From the sequence record LR756500.1: DNA of 64,000 nt; one strand, written 5' to 3'. Below are positions 33,014-44,995 of the stretch, piece after piece (the stretch's first letter is position 1; every line of letters begins with the position of its first letter). Below the pieces are notes generated by a model that worked only from the letters and a program-made list of their open reading frames with translations, ran no database searches and was not told where the DNA came from. The translations under genes were made by a program, and so were the position numbers.

Positions 33014-33041
33014 AATTTTAAATTATAGTCTAAGACCCAAT

Positions 33042-33104
33042 TCAGCCGAGTGAAGATTTTCCACTAAACTTTGCTATCATATGCATATCGAATCTTTGAA
33101 GCAT
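33042..33104 (-). CDS. Leader peptide 4, MLQRFDMHMIAKFSGKSSLG (20 aa)
   Basis: Manually translated; the stop codon begins TGAATTGGGT, a perfect 10-nt complement of the terminator 5' arm. Confidence 0.7.
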   Translation of the reverse strand: MLQRFDMHMIAKFSGKSSLG

Positions 33105-36100
33105 TTTTATTTTTTAAATTTATTATTATATACAAAAAATTAAAAATGTTTCGATATTTTATTCAAATACCTCATACTCTGAATTTTTTGTTTTAAATTT
33201 GCAATAGATCATATGATTATCTTTATCATATTTTTCTTCTATTATTTCGGTTACTTCCGTTGTTAACCAATAATCTTTAGTACTATAAGATCTTGCTGTT
33301 AGAGATCCTACTAAAAAAGAACATCCAACTACAGGTTTACCATTTCCAATAACTTCCTTTAATGTGCCATCTTCATTCCATTTAATAGCTTCGGCTCTGC
33401 TGCCAGAGTCACCTTGTCCGTCTTTTATTCTTCTTAATGTAGGCATTATTATTTATTTTAAAGTATCTGCAATAGCTATACTATCAGTTACTGTTACTGC
33501 AGGTATAGTAATTAATGTTGAATCAGTTGCTAATGAATCAATTGATGTTGTTACTGAACCTTCTGGTATACCACAAGATGATACCATTAAAATCATTGCT
33601 AAAATTAAAAATGTAAATTTCATTGTTTTTATTTTTTTATTATTTCTTATTATAGTATATTTATAAGATTATAATCATTAAAGGTTATACTATTAACCAT
33701 TATCAATTATCTCTTTAAATTGAGAATTACTGATTACTTAACTTAATATATATTAGTTTTAATTTTTAAAATTGTACTTGATCAACTATATTTTGATAAT
33801 TTTCATCTTTTTGCATATTCCATAATTTATTTTGTTGTTCTTCGGTAAAAAATCAAAATGGATAACAATGTACAGATAAAAATGCTATATCAATATTTTT
33901 AACATTTAATTGATCTGCAATATACTTAACATACATTAAATTTAAAATCCAACCACCAGGTCTATCAGATGTTGTAATTAATAAAAACATTGCAGCTGGA
34001 GTAAATTCTAAATTTAATTTAAAAACCTTTATTCTAGTAGAAATTATTTTATACGGAAATAAATCTTTTAAAGCGTTTAATAAAGATTCAGATGTTTCAC
34101 TCTCTTTATTAAGAGTAGAATTAATTATTATTTTCATTTGATCATCTGTTCCCTTTAATCTAGGTTGATCATTTTTTAAAAATGTATCAAAAATTTCTTT
34201 AATTCTTTTCATATTTTTATATTAAACCTTTTTCTGTAATATCATAGGGTATTACGGTATCTATTTCACTTTGTGTTTCTAAAAATTGTATTACAGTTAG
34301 TAATTCTTGACCTCTATCAATATTATCCCAAACACCACAAGATTCAATATTAGACGTAGCTTCTATAGCACTAAAATAATTAAATTCAAATATACCATTT
34401 CCACTTCCTTTAAAATCATTTGCCTTTTTTAAGATTTTTGGCGGTTTAAGTTGACATTTATTTGGATCAAAAATATCTATTCCAATGGTATCAAGTAATG
34501 TAATAAGATTTTTTATTAATTTTGGAAAATGATTTTTAATATATTTCCAACTATTTTCAGTATTATTAATATAACGCTTAATATCTGGATCATATAATAT
34601 CATGCTAGAATATAACATATTATCATATACCCTTACATTTTTAAATGGTTCATTATTAACAAGTATAACCATATCAAAATCATCTATAATATGTTTTAAA
34701 GCATTTACAGATAAGCTATATTGTTTATACATTAGTGCACTAAGAGAATATAAAAGATTTTGCACTAAATTAAATTCTTTAGTCCATTCGTTGTGTTTAG
34801 CTAAAAGCTCAGATTCTTTTAACATTTCTAATGGTTCTAAAAGAACCCCTAGTTTATTATCATTTAATACGTCAACTAATGAATTTAATGATTTAGAAAT
34901 CATATTCATTTGGGTTCTAGCATTATCATATATCGTAATTTCAGGATTATGAAATTTTGACATAGATTTAGGTTTTAATGTTTGTATATTTTCTACATGC
35001 ATATTAAATAGATTAAGATATATCCGATGACACGTGTTAAATTAAAAAATTGGTAATATGGTAATATTAAATAATAAAAAAGATTTAAACGGTATCACGG
35101 TTTAAATCTTGTATGCATTATTTTTTCCTTTCCCATAACCCTAAATTTTTATTATCCTCTGTTGTTTCTACAATTGGAAAAGACTTAGATTTAATTGTTG
35201 TTGTTCTTCCAATTTTAATAAAATATTTTTTAGTAGGATCAGGCTTATAAACTTTATCATATGGTTCATACTGTTCAATTTCTTCATAATTCATTCCAGT
35301 ATTATCATGATAATAAAACCATCTTCCACTTTGAAATAAAAATAAAGAAACTATAAAAATAGATATAAAATATGAAGGTAAAACTAATTTACTAATATCA
35401 AATTTTCTTTTATTTTTCATAACTCATAAAATTAAAAAGTATCACTATTCCATCCATTTTCTGTATACCATCTATTAGATACATTTAAATCAGTAGATCT
35501 AAGAGCTGACCAAATAGCTCCTAATCCTGCTCCTAAAATTAAAGAAATACCTAATGAAGGTAAAAAAGGCATGCCAATAATACCTAATATTGGTAATATT
35601 ACTAAATGTGCTATAATAATGCTATTAACAATCCAATGATTTAAAGAAGTTGCTCTTGTAAAACCTTTTATTCTTCTTGTAATTGTAAAATCATTACCCC
35701 ATGAAAATACATGTATAAATTTATCAGATTCTTGTAATGAATAAGGATTGCCATCTACTTTATAAAAAAGCATAGGATCTTTAGGAGCCTTTTGTAATTT
35801 AAAATTTTCTCTTGGAGCAAGAATAAAAAAATTTGCAGCATCACCACTCCATGTATCTCCATTTAAACCTACTCTTTTTCCGTATTTTTTAGCAAAACCT
35901 TTAATACGAGCCGGCACTTCAGGAGAAACGTTTCCTTCGTAATGATTAGTTTGTAAAAAGCGAAGATCATATTTAATAGCTAAATTTTTAATTTCTTTAA
36001 CTGTAAATACTTCTTCATTGTATTCAGTTTCTATTTTTTTACGTTCTAAATCTATTCCTCTAGCAGCTTCAACTTTTTTTACATTTTTATCTAGTCCTAA

Positions 36101-36304
36101 TTTATTAAGAATTAATCTATCTTCAGCTGCATTATTTTCTAATAAAGCTTTTACTTCTGATACTATTAATTCACCTATTTCTTCTTCTGAATGAATTCTT
36201 TCATTTTGAAGTTCTTTTTTAAGATTTACTTGCATAATTTTTATTTAATCAATATTTGTAAATATAATAATTTAGATTATATTAAAAAATATGGGTAATA
36301 AATT

Positions 36305-36730
36305 TTAGTTTATTACCCACTTTTCTTTAAATTGTTTTTCAGTATAATCAAAATATTTTTCTATATTATTTTTATTAATAGCTTTAACAACTTTTCCATA
36401 TACAGCAGTTGTCCAACCATTTATATGTCCTTTATTGTTAGCAATTAAATATCCTTTTGTTTCATTTACTTGTATACATAGATGAGAATCTATATATTTT
36501 CCACGTATCTTACAAAAAAGAATATCTCCTTTTTTATAACTCTTTTGTTTAATAAAAAATGTAAGTGAAGGATTATCTAATTTAGGTAACATGCTATTAC
36601 CATAACATTTCATACTGCCATATCCAAACTTATATAAATTATATCTTAATCTTTCATACTTGTTTGTTTTAATTAATTGTTCGTCAAATTCTTCTTTTAT
36701 TTTTTCTTCTTCTTTTGTTTCTTCGTTCAT
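36305..36730 (-). CDS. S24/S26 peptidase-like protein
   Basis: CYGNSMLP serine motif, KKGDILF. Confidence 0.45.
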   Translation of the reverse strand: MNEETKEEEKIKEEFDEQLIKTNKYERLRYNLYKFGYGSMKCYGNSMLPKLDNPSLTFFIKQKSYKKGDILFCKIRGKYIDSHLCIQVNETKGYLIANNKGHINGWTTAVYGKVVKAINKNNIEKYFDYTEKQFKEKWVIN

Positions 36731-37305
36731 GTTGTTATTTCTTCATAATTTTTTATATTTGCTTTTAAAAGAGTATCTGGAAATATTGTTTTTCCTAAAT
36801 AAAAATCTTCATAAGCAATTCTCATTTTATTAGCACATTCGAAAGGATATACTCCTCCTGTTCCTGTTCCTAATCCAGGACATACTATAGTTCTTAATTG
36901 TGGATTTTGTTTAGCTAAAATAAATATAGCTTTTGCTGCTAAAAATATATTAGGAGTGTTAGATAATAAACTAGGGACTCTCATTGTAGGTGCAGAAATT
37001 AGAGTAGGAAATAAAGGATATTTTGTACTTATAGTTGTTGCTTGACCTACTAATAATTCTCCATTAAATTCATTTTTTATTTTATTTTGAAGTTCATATT
37101 GAATATGCCATCCCATTTTTAAAGAATATAATAAATCTATTCCTCCATCCATAAATCCAAATGAATTAGCTGGACTAACTATAGCATCTCCTGTAAAATT
37201 AAATATATCACCTTTATATACTTCAAAATTAGAATATAATTTAAATTCTTTTTCCCATGCTTTAACTAGAACATCTTTAGTATCTACTAAAATAAATTTT
37301 GTCAT
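36727..37305 (-). CDS. Macrodomain (ADP-ribose binding/hydrolase)
   Basis: GDIF, AIVSPANSFGFMDGGID, APTMRVP, PGLGTGTG. Confidence 0.88.
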   Translation of the reverse strand: MTKFILVDTKDVLVKAWEKEFKLYSNFEVYKGDIFNFTGDAIVSPANSFGFMDGGIDLLYSLKMGWHIQYELQNKIKNEFNGELLVGQATTISTKYPLFPTLISAPTMRVPSLLSNTPNIFLAAKAIFILAKQNPQLRTIVCPGLGTGTGGVYPFECANKMRIAYEDFYLGKTIFPDTLLKANIKNYEEITT

Positions 37306-37664
37306 TTTATTAAAAGTTTTTCTTCAATTCTTTTTTGAACTATTTCTCTATCTTTTTTAGTTTCTTTATAATCATTCATAAGTTCATTTGGTAAATTATC
37401 CCATGAAGAACCATAATAACTTACGTTAAATCCTCTATCTATACATTCTTGATATAATTTTTCATATCTATTTTTAAGATATAATAATTTATCATAAAAA
37501 AATTTAACGTGACCTGTACCTAATTTAAATTCTTTAGGCTGTCCATTTAAAGAATAAGTACCTTTACTAATATAATTAGGAATTCTTTTAATTTCTCTAT
37601 GCTCTGCAATAAGATGTTTATTATTTAATTCTTTAGGTAATATTGCAACATTTATTCTAGTCAT
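37302..37664 (-). CDS. denV: Pyrimidine dimer DNA glycosylase (T4 endonuclease V-like)
   Basis: MTRIN, HLIAEHREIKRI, FKLGTGHVKFFYDKL. Confidence 0.88.
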   Translation of the reverse strand: MTRINVAILPKELNNKHLIAEHREIKRIPNYISKGTYSLNGQPKEFKLGTGHVKFFYDKLLYLKNRYEKLYQECIDRGFNVSYYGSSWDNLPNELMNDYKETKKDREIVQKRIEEKLLIK

Positions 37665-37934
37665 ATGATCAAATGTTTTAAAAATAAATATTATAAGTAG
37701 GCCCTAACCCTACATAATCGTCCTGACTTCCACAGTATAGAACATCTCGAAGTAAATCTTTCATTAGTAATCATATTTATCGTATGTGCCCCTATTACTA
37801 AATGATTAACGTTGAATGTTAATTACAGTTGCTTAATCCATCATAATATCCAGTTATAAATTTGGCAAAATTTTATACTGTTTGAGATTTTTTTATTATA
37901 TTGCCATAATGAAAATCAATAAAAACATTAACAG

Positions 37935-38017
37935 AGGAAGGAGTGGGATTCGAACCCACGGTACCGTAGTACGTCAGTTTTCAGGACTGAATTCATAAAC
38001 CTCTCGAACACCCTTCC
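37935..38017 (-). tRNA. tRNA-Ser(UGA)
   Basis: TCAGT-CCTGAAA-ACTGA, long variable arm GTAC-TACG-GTAC. Confidence 0.88.
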
Positions 38018-38198
38018 AGTATATTTTAATTCAAATAAATATCTTGTTCTACACAATAATTATTGAACTCAAAAGCCATCATATATAATTTATCAAAAAT
38101 TTTATCATTATTAGTTTGTTTTAATTGACTAATAAAAAAATTAGCGATTTTTTGATAAATTTTTATTTTTATTTTTTTTATCATTTAATTAAAATTTG

Positions 38199-38286
38199 CA
38201 GAGAGAGCGGGATTTGAACCCGCGGATCAATTACTCGATCATCACCTTAGCAGGGTGACCTATTAAACCAGCTCTAGCACCTCTCT
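38199..38286 (-). tRNA. tRNA-Ser(GCU)
   Basis: TCACC-CTGCTAA-GGTGA, long variable arm, G73. Confidence 0.9.
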
Positions 38287-38291
38287 AATTT

Positions 38292-38543
38292 TTACGAATA
38301 TAATAAACTTGAAGATGAATCTGAATTTAAACTCGAATTTTCACTCAGATCAAGCGGTGTCATATGTTGATGTCCTTTAAGAGTCCATAAAACTAAACCT
38401 TTAGTAATTTTGATATAACCTTCACTCATAAGTTGATTAACTCTATTCTGACCATATATAGCATGTAAATTTGCTATAGTATTGCTCATATTGAATTCAC
38501 CATTCTTAATTGTATTCATTATTGAAATGTCTATCGATTTCAT
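38292..38543 (-). CDS. Small protein with Ser-rich C-terminus directly upstream of two tRNA-Ser genes
   Basis: Ends LSENSSLNSDSSSSLLYS; promoter at 38561-38589. Confidence 0.6.
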   Translation of the reverse strand: MKSIDISIMNTIKNGEFNMSNTIANLHAIYGQNRVNQLMSEGYIKITKGLVLWTLKGHQHMTPLDLSENSSLNSDSSSSLLYS

Positions 38544-39205
38544 TTGAACTTTTATTTTTTATTATATACAAAAAATTAATTTTGTTTCGAATTATTTATT
38601 TGCATAATGATTTTTATGCCATTTATATAAATTTTGATTTAAATAATGTTGAGCTAATTTATCATTTGGACAATTAATCTTATACCATTCACTTAATTCT
38701 TCTATAGTTGCAATTATAGGATAATTAATAATAACACGCATATTTCGCACTTCAACTCTATGCTTATGATAAAACCATTCCCAATTTTCTTTAGAATTAT
38801 TTAATTCGTATTGTGTTTGTGTTATATTATAAAATGAAGTGTTTAATAATAAAACACTTCCTAATTTAACTGTAGATTTTTCACTATTTTTATAAGCATT
38901 TAACCAATGCTTGCAAAAAGCAATAGCTAAATCTTTTTTATATTTCTTTTTTCTTTTTCTACTAAGTTTAAATTTTTGATATGGCTTTTGATATTGCGAA
39001 TTCACATCTTTGTTTTGATCTATACCAATTTTCACTTTTAATTAAATTAATTTTCTGTTCATTATCTAATGCAGACCAAGATATAGAATTAGGTTCTAAA
39101 ATATATGTAAAAGTATTTGTTCTTATATAATAAATTAAAACTTTTTGTCTTTTAGATGCTGCATCTAATTGCATTATTATATTTGTTATGTCTAAATCTT
39201 TCATA

Positions 39206-39778
39206 TTAATCAGTTGATCCAATATCACGTATTTTCTTTATAAATTTTGGAGCAGAATTTAAAGATACTTTAAATGTTTCTCCTGTATACTGTAATAGAA
39301 ATTCAACATATGAATCTGTTTTATCAATTATTAATGCCCAGGAATTACTATTAATTTTTAGATTACAATCTCGACCTACATCTAAATTTGATGTAATATA
39401 TTCTCTATCTTGATCTGGAACAATATCTTCAAATCGTTTTATTATTTTATATGCATTATTTTTTAATACATTAAATATTCTAATATTATATGTAGAATGT
39501 AACATAAAAAATACATAAGTTGAATCTGTCTCATCTATTATTAATATTTCTACGCCACTCCTTAATATACAACATTTTCCAACATCTATATTCTTTTTAA
39601 TAAATTCTTCATCTAATTCTCTTTGCTTAATAGCAGATAATGTTTCATCATTATTAACCATTTCAGATTCTTTAGAAGACTCAGAATAAGTTTCATTATC
39701 ATTAGTTATAACAGGTTCTTTTTTAGAACTACATGATAAAAATAAAATCGAAATTAAAATTAATGTTAAATATTTCAT
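39206..39778 (-). CDS. Putative lipoprotein
   Basis: MKYLTLILISILFLSC lipobox. Confidence 0.55.
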   Translation of the reverse strand: MKYLTLILISILFLSCSSKKEPVITNDNETYSESSKESEMVNNDETLSAIKQRELDEEFIKKNIDVGKCCILRSGVEILIIDETDSTYVFFMLHSTYNIRIFNVLKNNAYKIIKRFEDIVPDQDREYITSNLDVGRDCNLKINSNSWALIIDKTDSYVEFLLQYTGETFKVSLNSAPKFIKKIRDIGSTD

Positions 39779-40836
39779 AATTACAATTTTTAAAAAGATA
39801 GCAAAGAATCGGTAACTACCCGATAAAGTTGTTAAAGTTTAACCTGATTTATAACAGTATAAAGTTATTAGTTATTTATTCTTCAGTATCTTTTAGATTT
39901 TTAAATATTTTATTTGCTTCTTTCGAATTAATTACTGCTAATAATAATTTATTAGTTTGTAGTGCTAATTTAAAAACAGAATTTGATGCTTTATATTTAT
40001 ATAAAATATAAGATTCATATGAATTTAAAAATTGTTCTACGTTACCATCAAATATTTTAGCTATATGTTCTTGTGTAGGAGCTTCTAGTTTGGTTAAACG
40101 TTTACAATATAATTTATATTCATATTGTGCATCAGTTAATATTGATATTAAAACATTATTAAATCCTAATTTTTTAGCAACTGATTTAAGATGAGCAACT
40201 AACATTCCAGTCTTTTGATTACTATTTAATTTTTGATATATCTTATATTTATTTTCTTTCATTGGAAAACCATACAATAAAAGACTAAAATTAAACGATA
40301 AATCTCTAATTAAATTAGCATTGCCTATTTTTTGAAAATCTTTACTCATCTGGTAATTTATTATAATATATTAGTATTATTGTATACCATAAATAACCAG
40401 GTATAAATGATAATTTAAATTCTTTTTTAGTTACTACTTGTTTATTATAATGCTTATATGCATAAAATGAATACAGTTCTAAATAATAAATAAGCAATGC
40501 AAAAAATAAAATAATCGTTAATACTACTAAAAATATTTCCATGATTAATCGGGTATTTTATTATAACTACTTAGTATTGAATTATACCACCAATAAAAAG
40601 GTATTAAAGACATTTTAGCTTCTTTTTTATTTTTAAATCCATTTATTAGTTCATATTCTCCCCAGTATTTATCATATTCTTGAAAAAATCTTATTACATA
40701 AAGAATATAATAAATGATTAAAACAAATGTAATTAATATTAATACAACACATAATTAATAATTTTAATAAATTTAATAATAAAGTTTATAATTAAAAAAT
40801 AAAGGTGCAAATATTTTATAAATGCACCTTTATTAA

Positions 40837-41874
40837 TTAGATTGTAAATTCTTTAGCTTTATGCCATTTAGAATTTTTTACCCATCCATTGTTAGCAATA
40901 AGTGAAAAATAAATTATAGCTTTATCTTCAGATATTATTTGACCTAAAAATTGAGTATTCTTAACATGAATTCTTACATTATTATTAGTAGTTTCATCTA
41001 CTTCTGAAACAAATTCTTCATCAATAAGATCTCTAACAATTTCAGCAACTTTATCTTTTTGAGATAATTCAGTTTTAGTTAATTCTTTTTCTAATTGATC
41101 AAAAGTTGTTATACCGGTAATTGATAATTTAGTTCTAATTTTTTCAACAGATGCATTATCTACTTTTCCAGTTTGTTGATTTTCAATAGCTAAAGATCCA
41201 TAACAACCTCTAATAAGTTGAGACCAGATAGATTTCCAATAATCATAATTAGGAGCTCTTTCTATTCCTACTACAGTTCCATTAATAAGAATTATAGCAC
41301 CTACTTGTTTAGGAACTGTTTCAAATTCTGCAGCAAATTCCTCTAATTCTTTTTCAAATTTTTTAAAGAAAAATTCTAAATGACCTCGATTTTCATATCC
41401 ATTTTGTACAGATTTAGTTCTTGTATTAAATTCTATAATGGCTGGCCACATTTTATTATAGGATCTTTCCTTTCTTACTGCATGCGATTTTTCACGTAAT
41501 GAAAATGGCATAATAACAAACTCATGATTATCCATAGGAATATGGCCCGCTTGTGTTTGTTGAACACATGCTGCAGTATCATATGTTTTAGTCATTTTTT
41601 TACAAATTATTCCTGCATGCATCATTCCATGATCTTGAGCTGCATGTTTTGTCATATATGTAGCATTAGATGGAATAATCATTTTTTTATCACTATCATT
41701 TTGAAAATTCATAGAACCATAACTATTAGTTCCAAATTTTCCAGCTTGTTTAGGAGATACATAATCATTAAACTCTATATCTGATAATAGAGGAATAACT
41801 TGCATAGCTCCAACTGTTTGTAAATTTCCCGTGACAGTTCCCTTAAGAAGTTCTCTTACTGTTAATTTTGACAT
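40837..41874 (-). CDS. Hypothetical protein, ARPP-1/DUF6569-like (tentative)
   Basis: General resemblance from memory (GAMQVIPLL, QVGAIILING); paired with the vWA gene. Confidence 0.35.
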   Translation of the reverse strand: MSKLTVRELLKGTVTGNLQTVGAMQVIPLLSDIEFNDYVSPKQAGKFGTNSYGSMNFQNDSDKKMIIPSNATYMTKHAAQDHGMMHAGIICKKMTKTYDTAACVQQTQAGHIPMDNHEFVIMPFSLREKSHAVRKERSYNKMWPAIIEFNTRTKSVQNGYENRGHLEFFFKKFEKELEEFAAEFETVPKQVGAIILINGTVVGIERAPNYDYWKSIWSQLIRGCYGSLAIENQQTGKVDNASVEKIRTKLSITGITTFDQLEKELTKTELSQKDKVAEIVRDLIDEEFVSEVDETTNNNVRIHVKNTQFLGQIISEDKAIIYFSLIANNGWVKNSKWHKAKEFTI

Positions 41875-41882
41875 AATTTTTC

Positions 41883-43448
41883 TTATTTTTTAGTAGGTTT
41901 AAGTTTAGGAAGTGTTAAGTTAAATAGTCCAATAATGCCATCTTGTAAATTAGATTCTAACATTGCTTTAATCATTCCTAGTCCTAATGAACTAGGTTTA
42001 TTAGCAGGTATTACTGATAATTTATCACTTAATCTTTTAATTCCAGATGATTCAGCGCTCATTACTGGAGTTACTTGATATACTGGTATATTACATCCCA
42101 TATTTCTTACTGCATGCAATACTTCGTTTACTCTACCAGCTGGAGCATTTTCATATCCATCAGATATAATAAATATTGCATTAGGTTCTTCTTTAAATAA
42201 TTGAACAAGCGGTTTTGCTAAATTTGTTTCTCCTAATGGATAGATAAGATCATTTTTATCTAAACCTCCGGCATAAACTACTTTACTTTTCTTAGCTGTT
42301 GCTTGTAGCATATCTCTTATTGCTAATGTTATTGCAATAGGTCTTAATTCTTGGGTTGAATCACCTCTTGAAGAATTTGATCCATCAACAAGTATTCCAA
42401 TATTTTCATAAGATAAAGGAGCCTTTTTAGCAGCATCTTCAGCTTTAGCTTTTAATGCTATTTTTACTTCAGGACTCATTCCTGTTTTATATGCATGAAT
42501 ATAAAGGTCAACCACCTCTTGTTTTGAAGGATCCCAAGCAATACTTATTCCAGCCTGCTTAGCTCTTGTTTGAACCTTCATTTTTTCTTTTTCAGTAAAA
42601 TTATCTTTAGCAACTTCTATAACTTTTTCTTTAGTTACATTTTTATGATAAATACTTCTTATACCTTCAAGTACTTCTGGGGGTAATTTTTTACCTTTTG
42701 TAATATTGGTTTTAGCTTCATTATAAGATTTAAGTGTTTCTATATTTAAATCTTTTTCATTTCCTAAAATAAAACTTAAGCATTCATATACGTATTCATT
42801 AGTATTTGAAACAATATATTTATGAACATTTTTAATCATAATAGTTTGCTCTTTAGCATCCCATGTATTTGATTTTCTTTTAAGAATAGAAGCAATAATA
42901 CTTGATGTTCTTTTTCCCCAGGCATGCTCTAATGCTGAACGAAGTTTTCTTCTATATTTAATTGACCAATAATCTAAACTTTTAGAATTAATTATTGTTC
43001 TTAAAATAATATTTCTTGTTCTAGAATTATTAATTCTTTTTTCTTTAATTTCTTCATAAAGTTTTAGCATCCTTTGAGGAGGAAGTTGATTTAACAAATA
43101 AATAACAATATTTGTTTCAATATCTAATGGAAGCATTGACGATTCTCTATTATCTTTTTCTGATAATAATTTTTCAACACCTACCATTTTAGAATAATCT
43201 GTTAATCCATCTAAAAGTAATGTAGCACCATATAAACCTCTATTTATAGTAAATAAATTTCGGTGAATTGCATTAACTGCATCTCTTTGTTCATCCTTTG
43301 TGTTATAAGCAGTTGCTCGATCTGTTGATGTATTTGCTACATCAATAAAACTAAGAAACGTTTTTATAACAACATCTTCATTTAAACCAGAGAAGTTTTG
43401 CAGATTAATATCTGTACCTGCAACTTGAATTGATCTAGTTTCTGTCAT
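41883..43448 (-). CDS. Helical N-terminus plus C-terminal vWA domain (TROVE/Ro-like architecture, tentative)
   Basis: ILVDGSNS, GETNL, FIISDGYEN. Confidence 0.45.
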   Translation of the reverse strand: MTETRSIQVAGTDINLQNFSGLNEDVVIKTFLSFIDVANTSTDRATAYNTKDEQRDAVNAIHRNLFTINRGLYGATLLLDGLTDYSKMVGVEKLLSEKDNRESSMLPLDIETNIVIYLLNQLPPQRMLKLYEEIKEKRINNSRTRNIILRTIINSKSLDYWSIKYRRKLRSALEHAWGKRTSSIIASILKRKSNTWDAKEQTIMIKNVHKYIVSNTNEYVYECLSFILGNEKDLNIETLKSYNEAKTNITKGKKLPPEVLEGIRSIYHKNVTKEKVIEVAKDNFTEKEKMKVQTRAKQAGISIAWDPSKQEVVDLYIHAYKTGMSPEVKIALKAKAEDAAKKAPLSYENIGILVDGSNSSRGDSTQELRPIAITLAIRDMLQATAKKSKVVYAGGLDKNDLIYPLGETNLAKPLVQLFKEEPNAIFIISDGYENAPAGRVNEVLHAVRNMGCNIPVYQVTPVMSAESSGIKRLSDKLSVIPANKPSSLGLGMIKAMLESNLQDGIIGLFNLTLPKLKPTKK

Positions 43449-44362
43449 AATATAAAATTTATTTGTTTAATTGATTTATTTGTAAATATAATAATTTTGT
43501 AATTAAATAGGTATTTAATTATCATTTAATTTATAAATAGTTATTATAACCATTTATAAATTCTATTACTCATTTGTTCTAAAATGTGTTTTCTATCTTT
43601 ATCTAAAATTTCAATTTCATTTAATATTTCAGTTAAACTATTTTGAAGAATAATTTTAACATTAGCTTGTTCAAATTTATGTTGTGTTTTACTAAAAATA
43701 TTAAACTCACCTGTTAATAAATCTTTAACAACTATTTGATATTCATTTACTGCTATAATTTCAAAATAGTTTAATCCATTTGTAGTTATTTTATTTTCAA
43801 TTTCAAACATAAATTTATTTAGATATTATATCGAATTCATCTCCAAGTTTATTAATTGTATTTGCTAATATTTTAACTAATGATTTTATCCATTCATTAG
43901 ATTGTCGTTCTAAAATTTCATCTTGTTCTTTATCGGTTAAATCTTCAAAAACAACATTTTCCCATTTACTTGTTTCTATATTTTTACTTCTAAAAAAGCA
44001 ACCTGATAATTTTCTTTGTGTTTTAGGCATTTTTATTTTTTGAAATTTTTATTATAACTTTTTCATTTAAATCATTTACATGTTCTAAACTTTTTATATT
44101 TAATTTTTTTAAATCTTCAATGTTTTTTATTCCTATTAATTCATTATAAGCATTAATTTGATCTTCTGATAATGAATTAACAAAATCGATTGATTTTGTT
44201 ATATGTAATGAAAAATTATAATCTTCTTCTGTTAATATATTTTCACCACATAATGGACATGTTTTATTAATCCAATTAATATAGTCTTCATGTTTAATTG
44301 TTTCATCTTTCCAATCACAATTAGGATTATCACATTGTAATCCTTCATTTATTACTTCTATA

Positions 44363-44845
44363 TTATTTTTCATTTTTTCTTTTCCATTTTTTAAAAGGAT
44401 TTCTAGCTAATTCCGCATTATAGTATTTTTTAGTATAACTAACTTCTTTTTCAATCCAAATAGGTTTTTCAAATTCTTCATTTTCAGATGTTAATTCAAT
44501 TTCAGCCATAATTAATCCCTCATTATCATCTTCGAAAAAATCAATTTCCCATTTCTTATCTTTATACATTAAAACAGATCTTGTTTTTTTAATTTTATTT
44601 TTACAAAATTTTTCGTATAGTTCAGAACCTTGTTTAAAAGGAATTTCATATTCAATTTCTTCTCGAGATATTCCTTTTACTTTACTTTTAATTGTCATTA
44701 ATCCAAGACTGCTATCTATTAATCTAACTCTAATAGAACACTCTGAATTTTTAGATAAATAACCTTGTTTTATTTTATATGATATATCAAAAGATACATT
44801 ATTAATAAGATCTTTGTTAACTAAAAATTTTCTTTCTATTTCCAT
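44363..44845 (-). CDS. CYTH domain protein
   Basis: MEIERKFLV, QGYL, RVR, TIK, EIEYEI, KTR, WEID, AEIEL. Confidence 0.88.
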   Translation of the reverse strand: MEIERKFLVNKDLINNVSFDISYKIKQGYLSKNSECSIRVRLIDSSLGLMTIKSKVKGISREEIEYEIPFKQGSELYEKFCKNKIKKTRSVLMYKDKKWEIDFFEDDNEGLIMAEIELTSENEEFEKPIWIEKEVSYTKKYYNAELARNPFKKWKRKNEK

Positions 44846-44919
44846 ACGTGTGTTTAAACAATTAAACCGAACTCACATAGAATTTGGTTTAATAATGGAG
44901 ATAATTCAACAATTATTTT

Positions 44920-44995
44920 TGGTTGAATGTATCGGATTTGAACCGAAGACCCTCTGCTTTTAAGGCGGATGCTCTACCAACTGAGCTAATATTCT
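44920..44995 (-). tRNA. tRNA-like gene with UAA anticodon in a class I (Lys-like) body, flanked by the permuted element
   Basis: TCCGC-CTTAAAA-GCAGA, 5-nt variable loop, two acceptor mismatches, encoded CCA. Confidence 0.65.

Noticed and set aside
37690-37930. Short ORFs between tRNA-Ser and denV as another leader peptide
   Set aside because: No promoter-terminator pairing or downstream tRNA cluster; probably a decayed gene or spacer.
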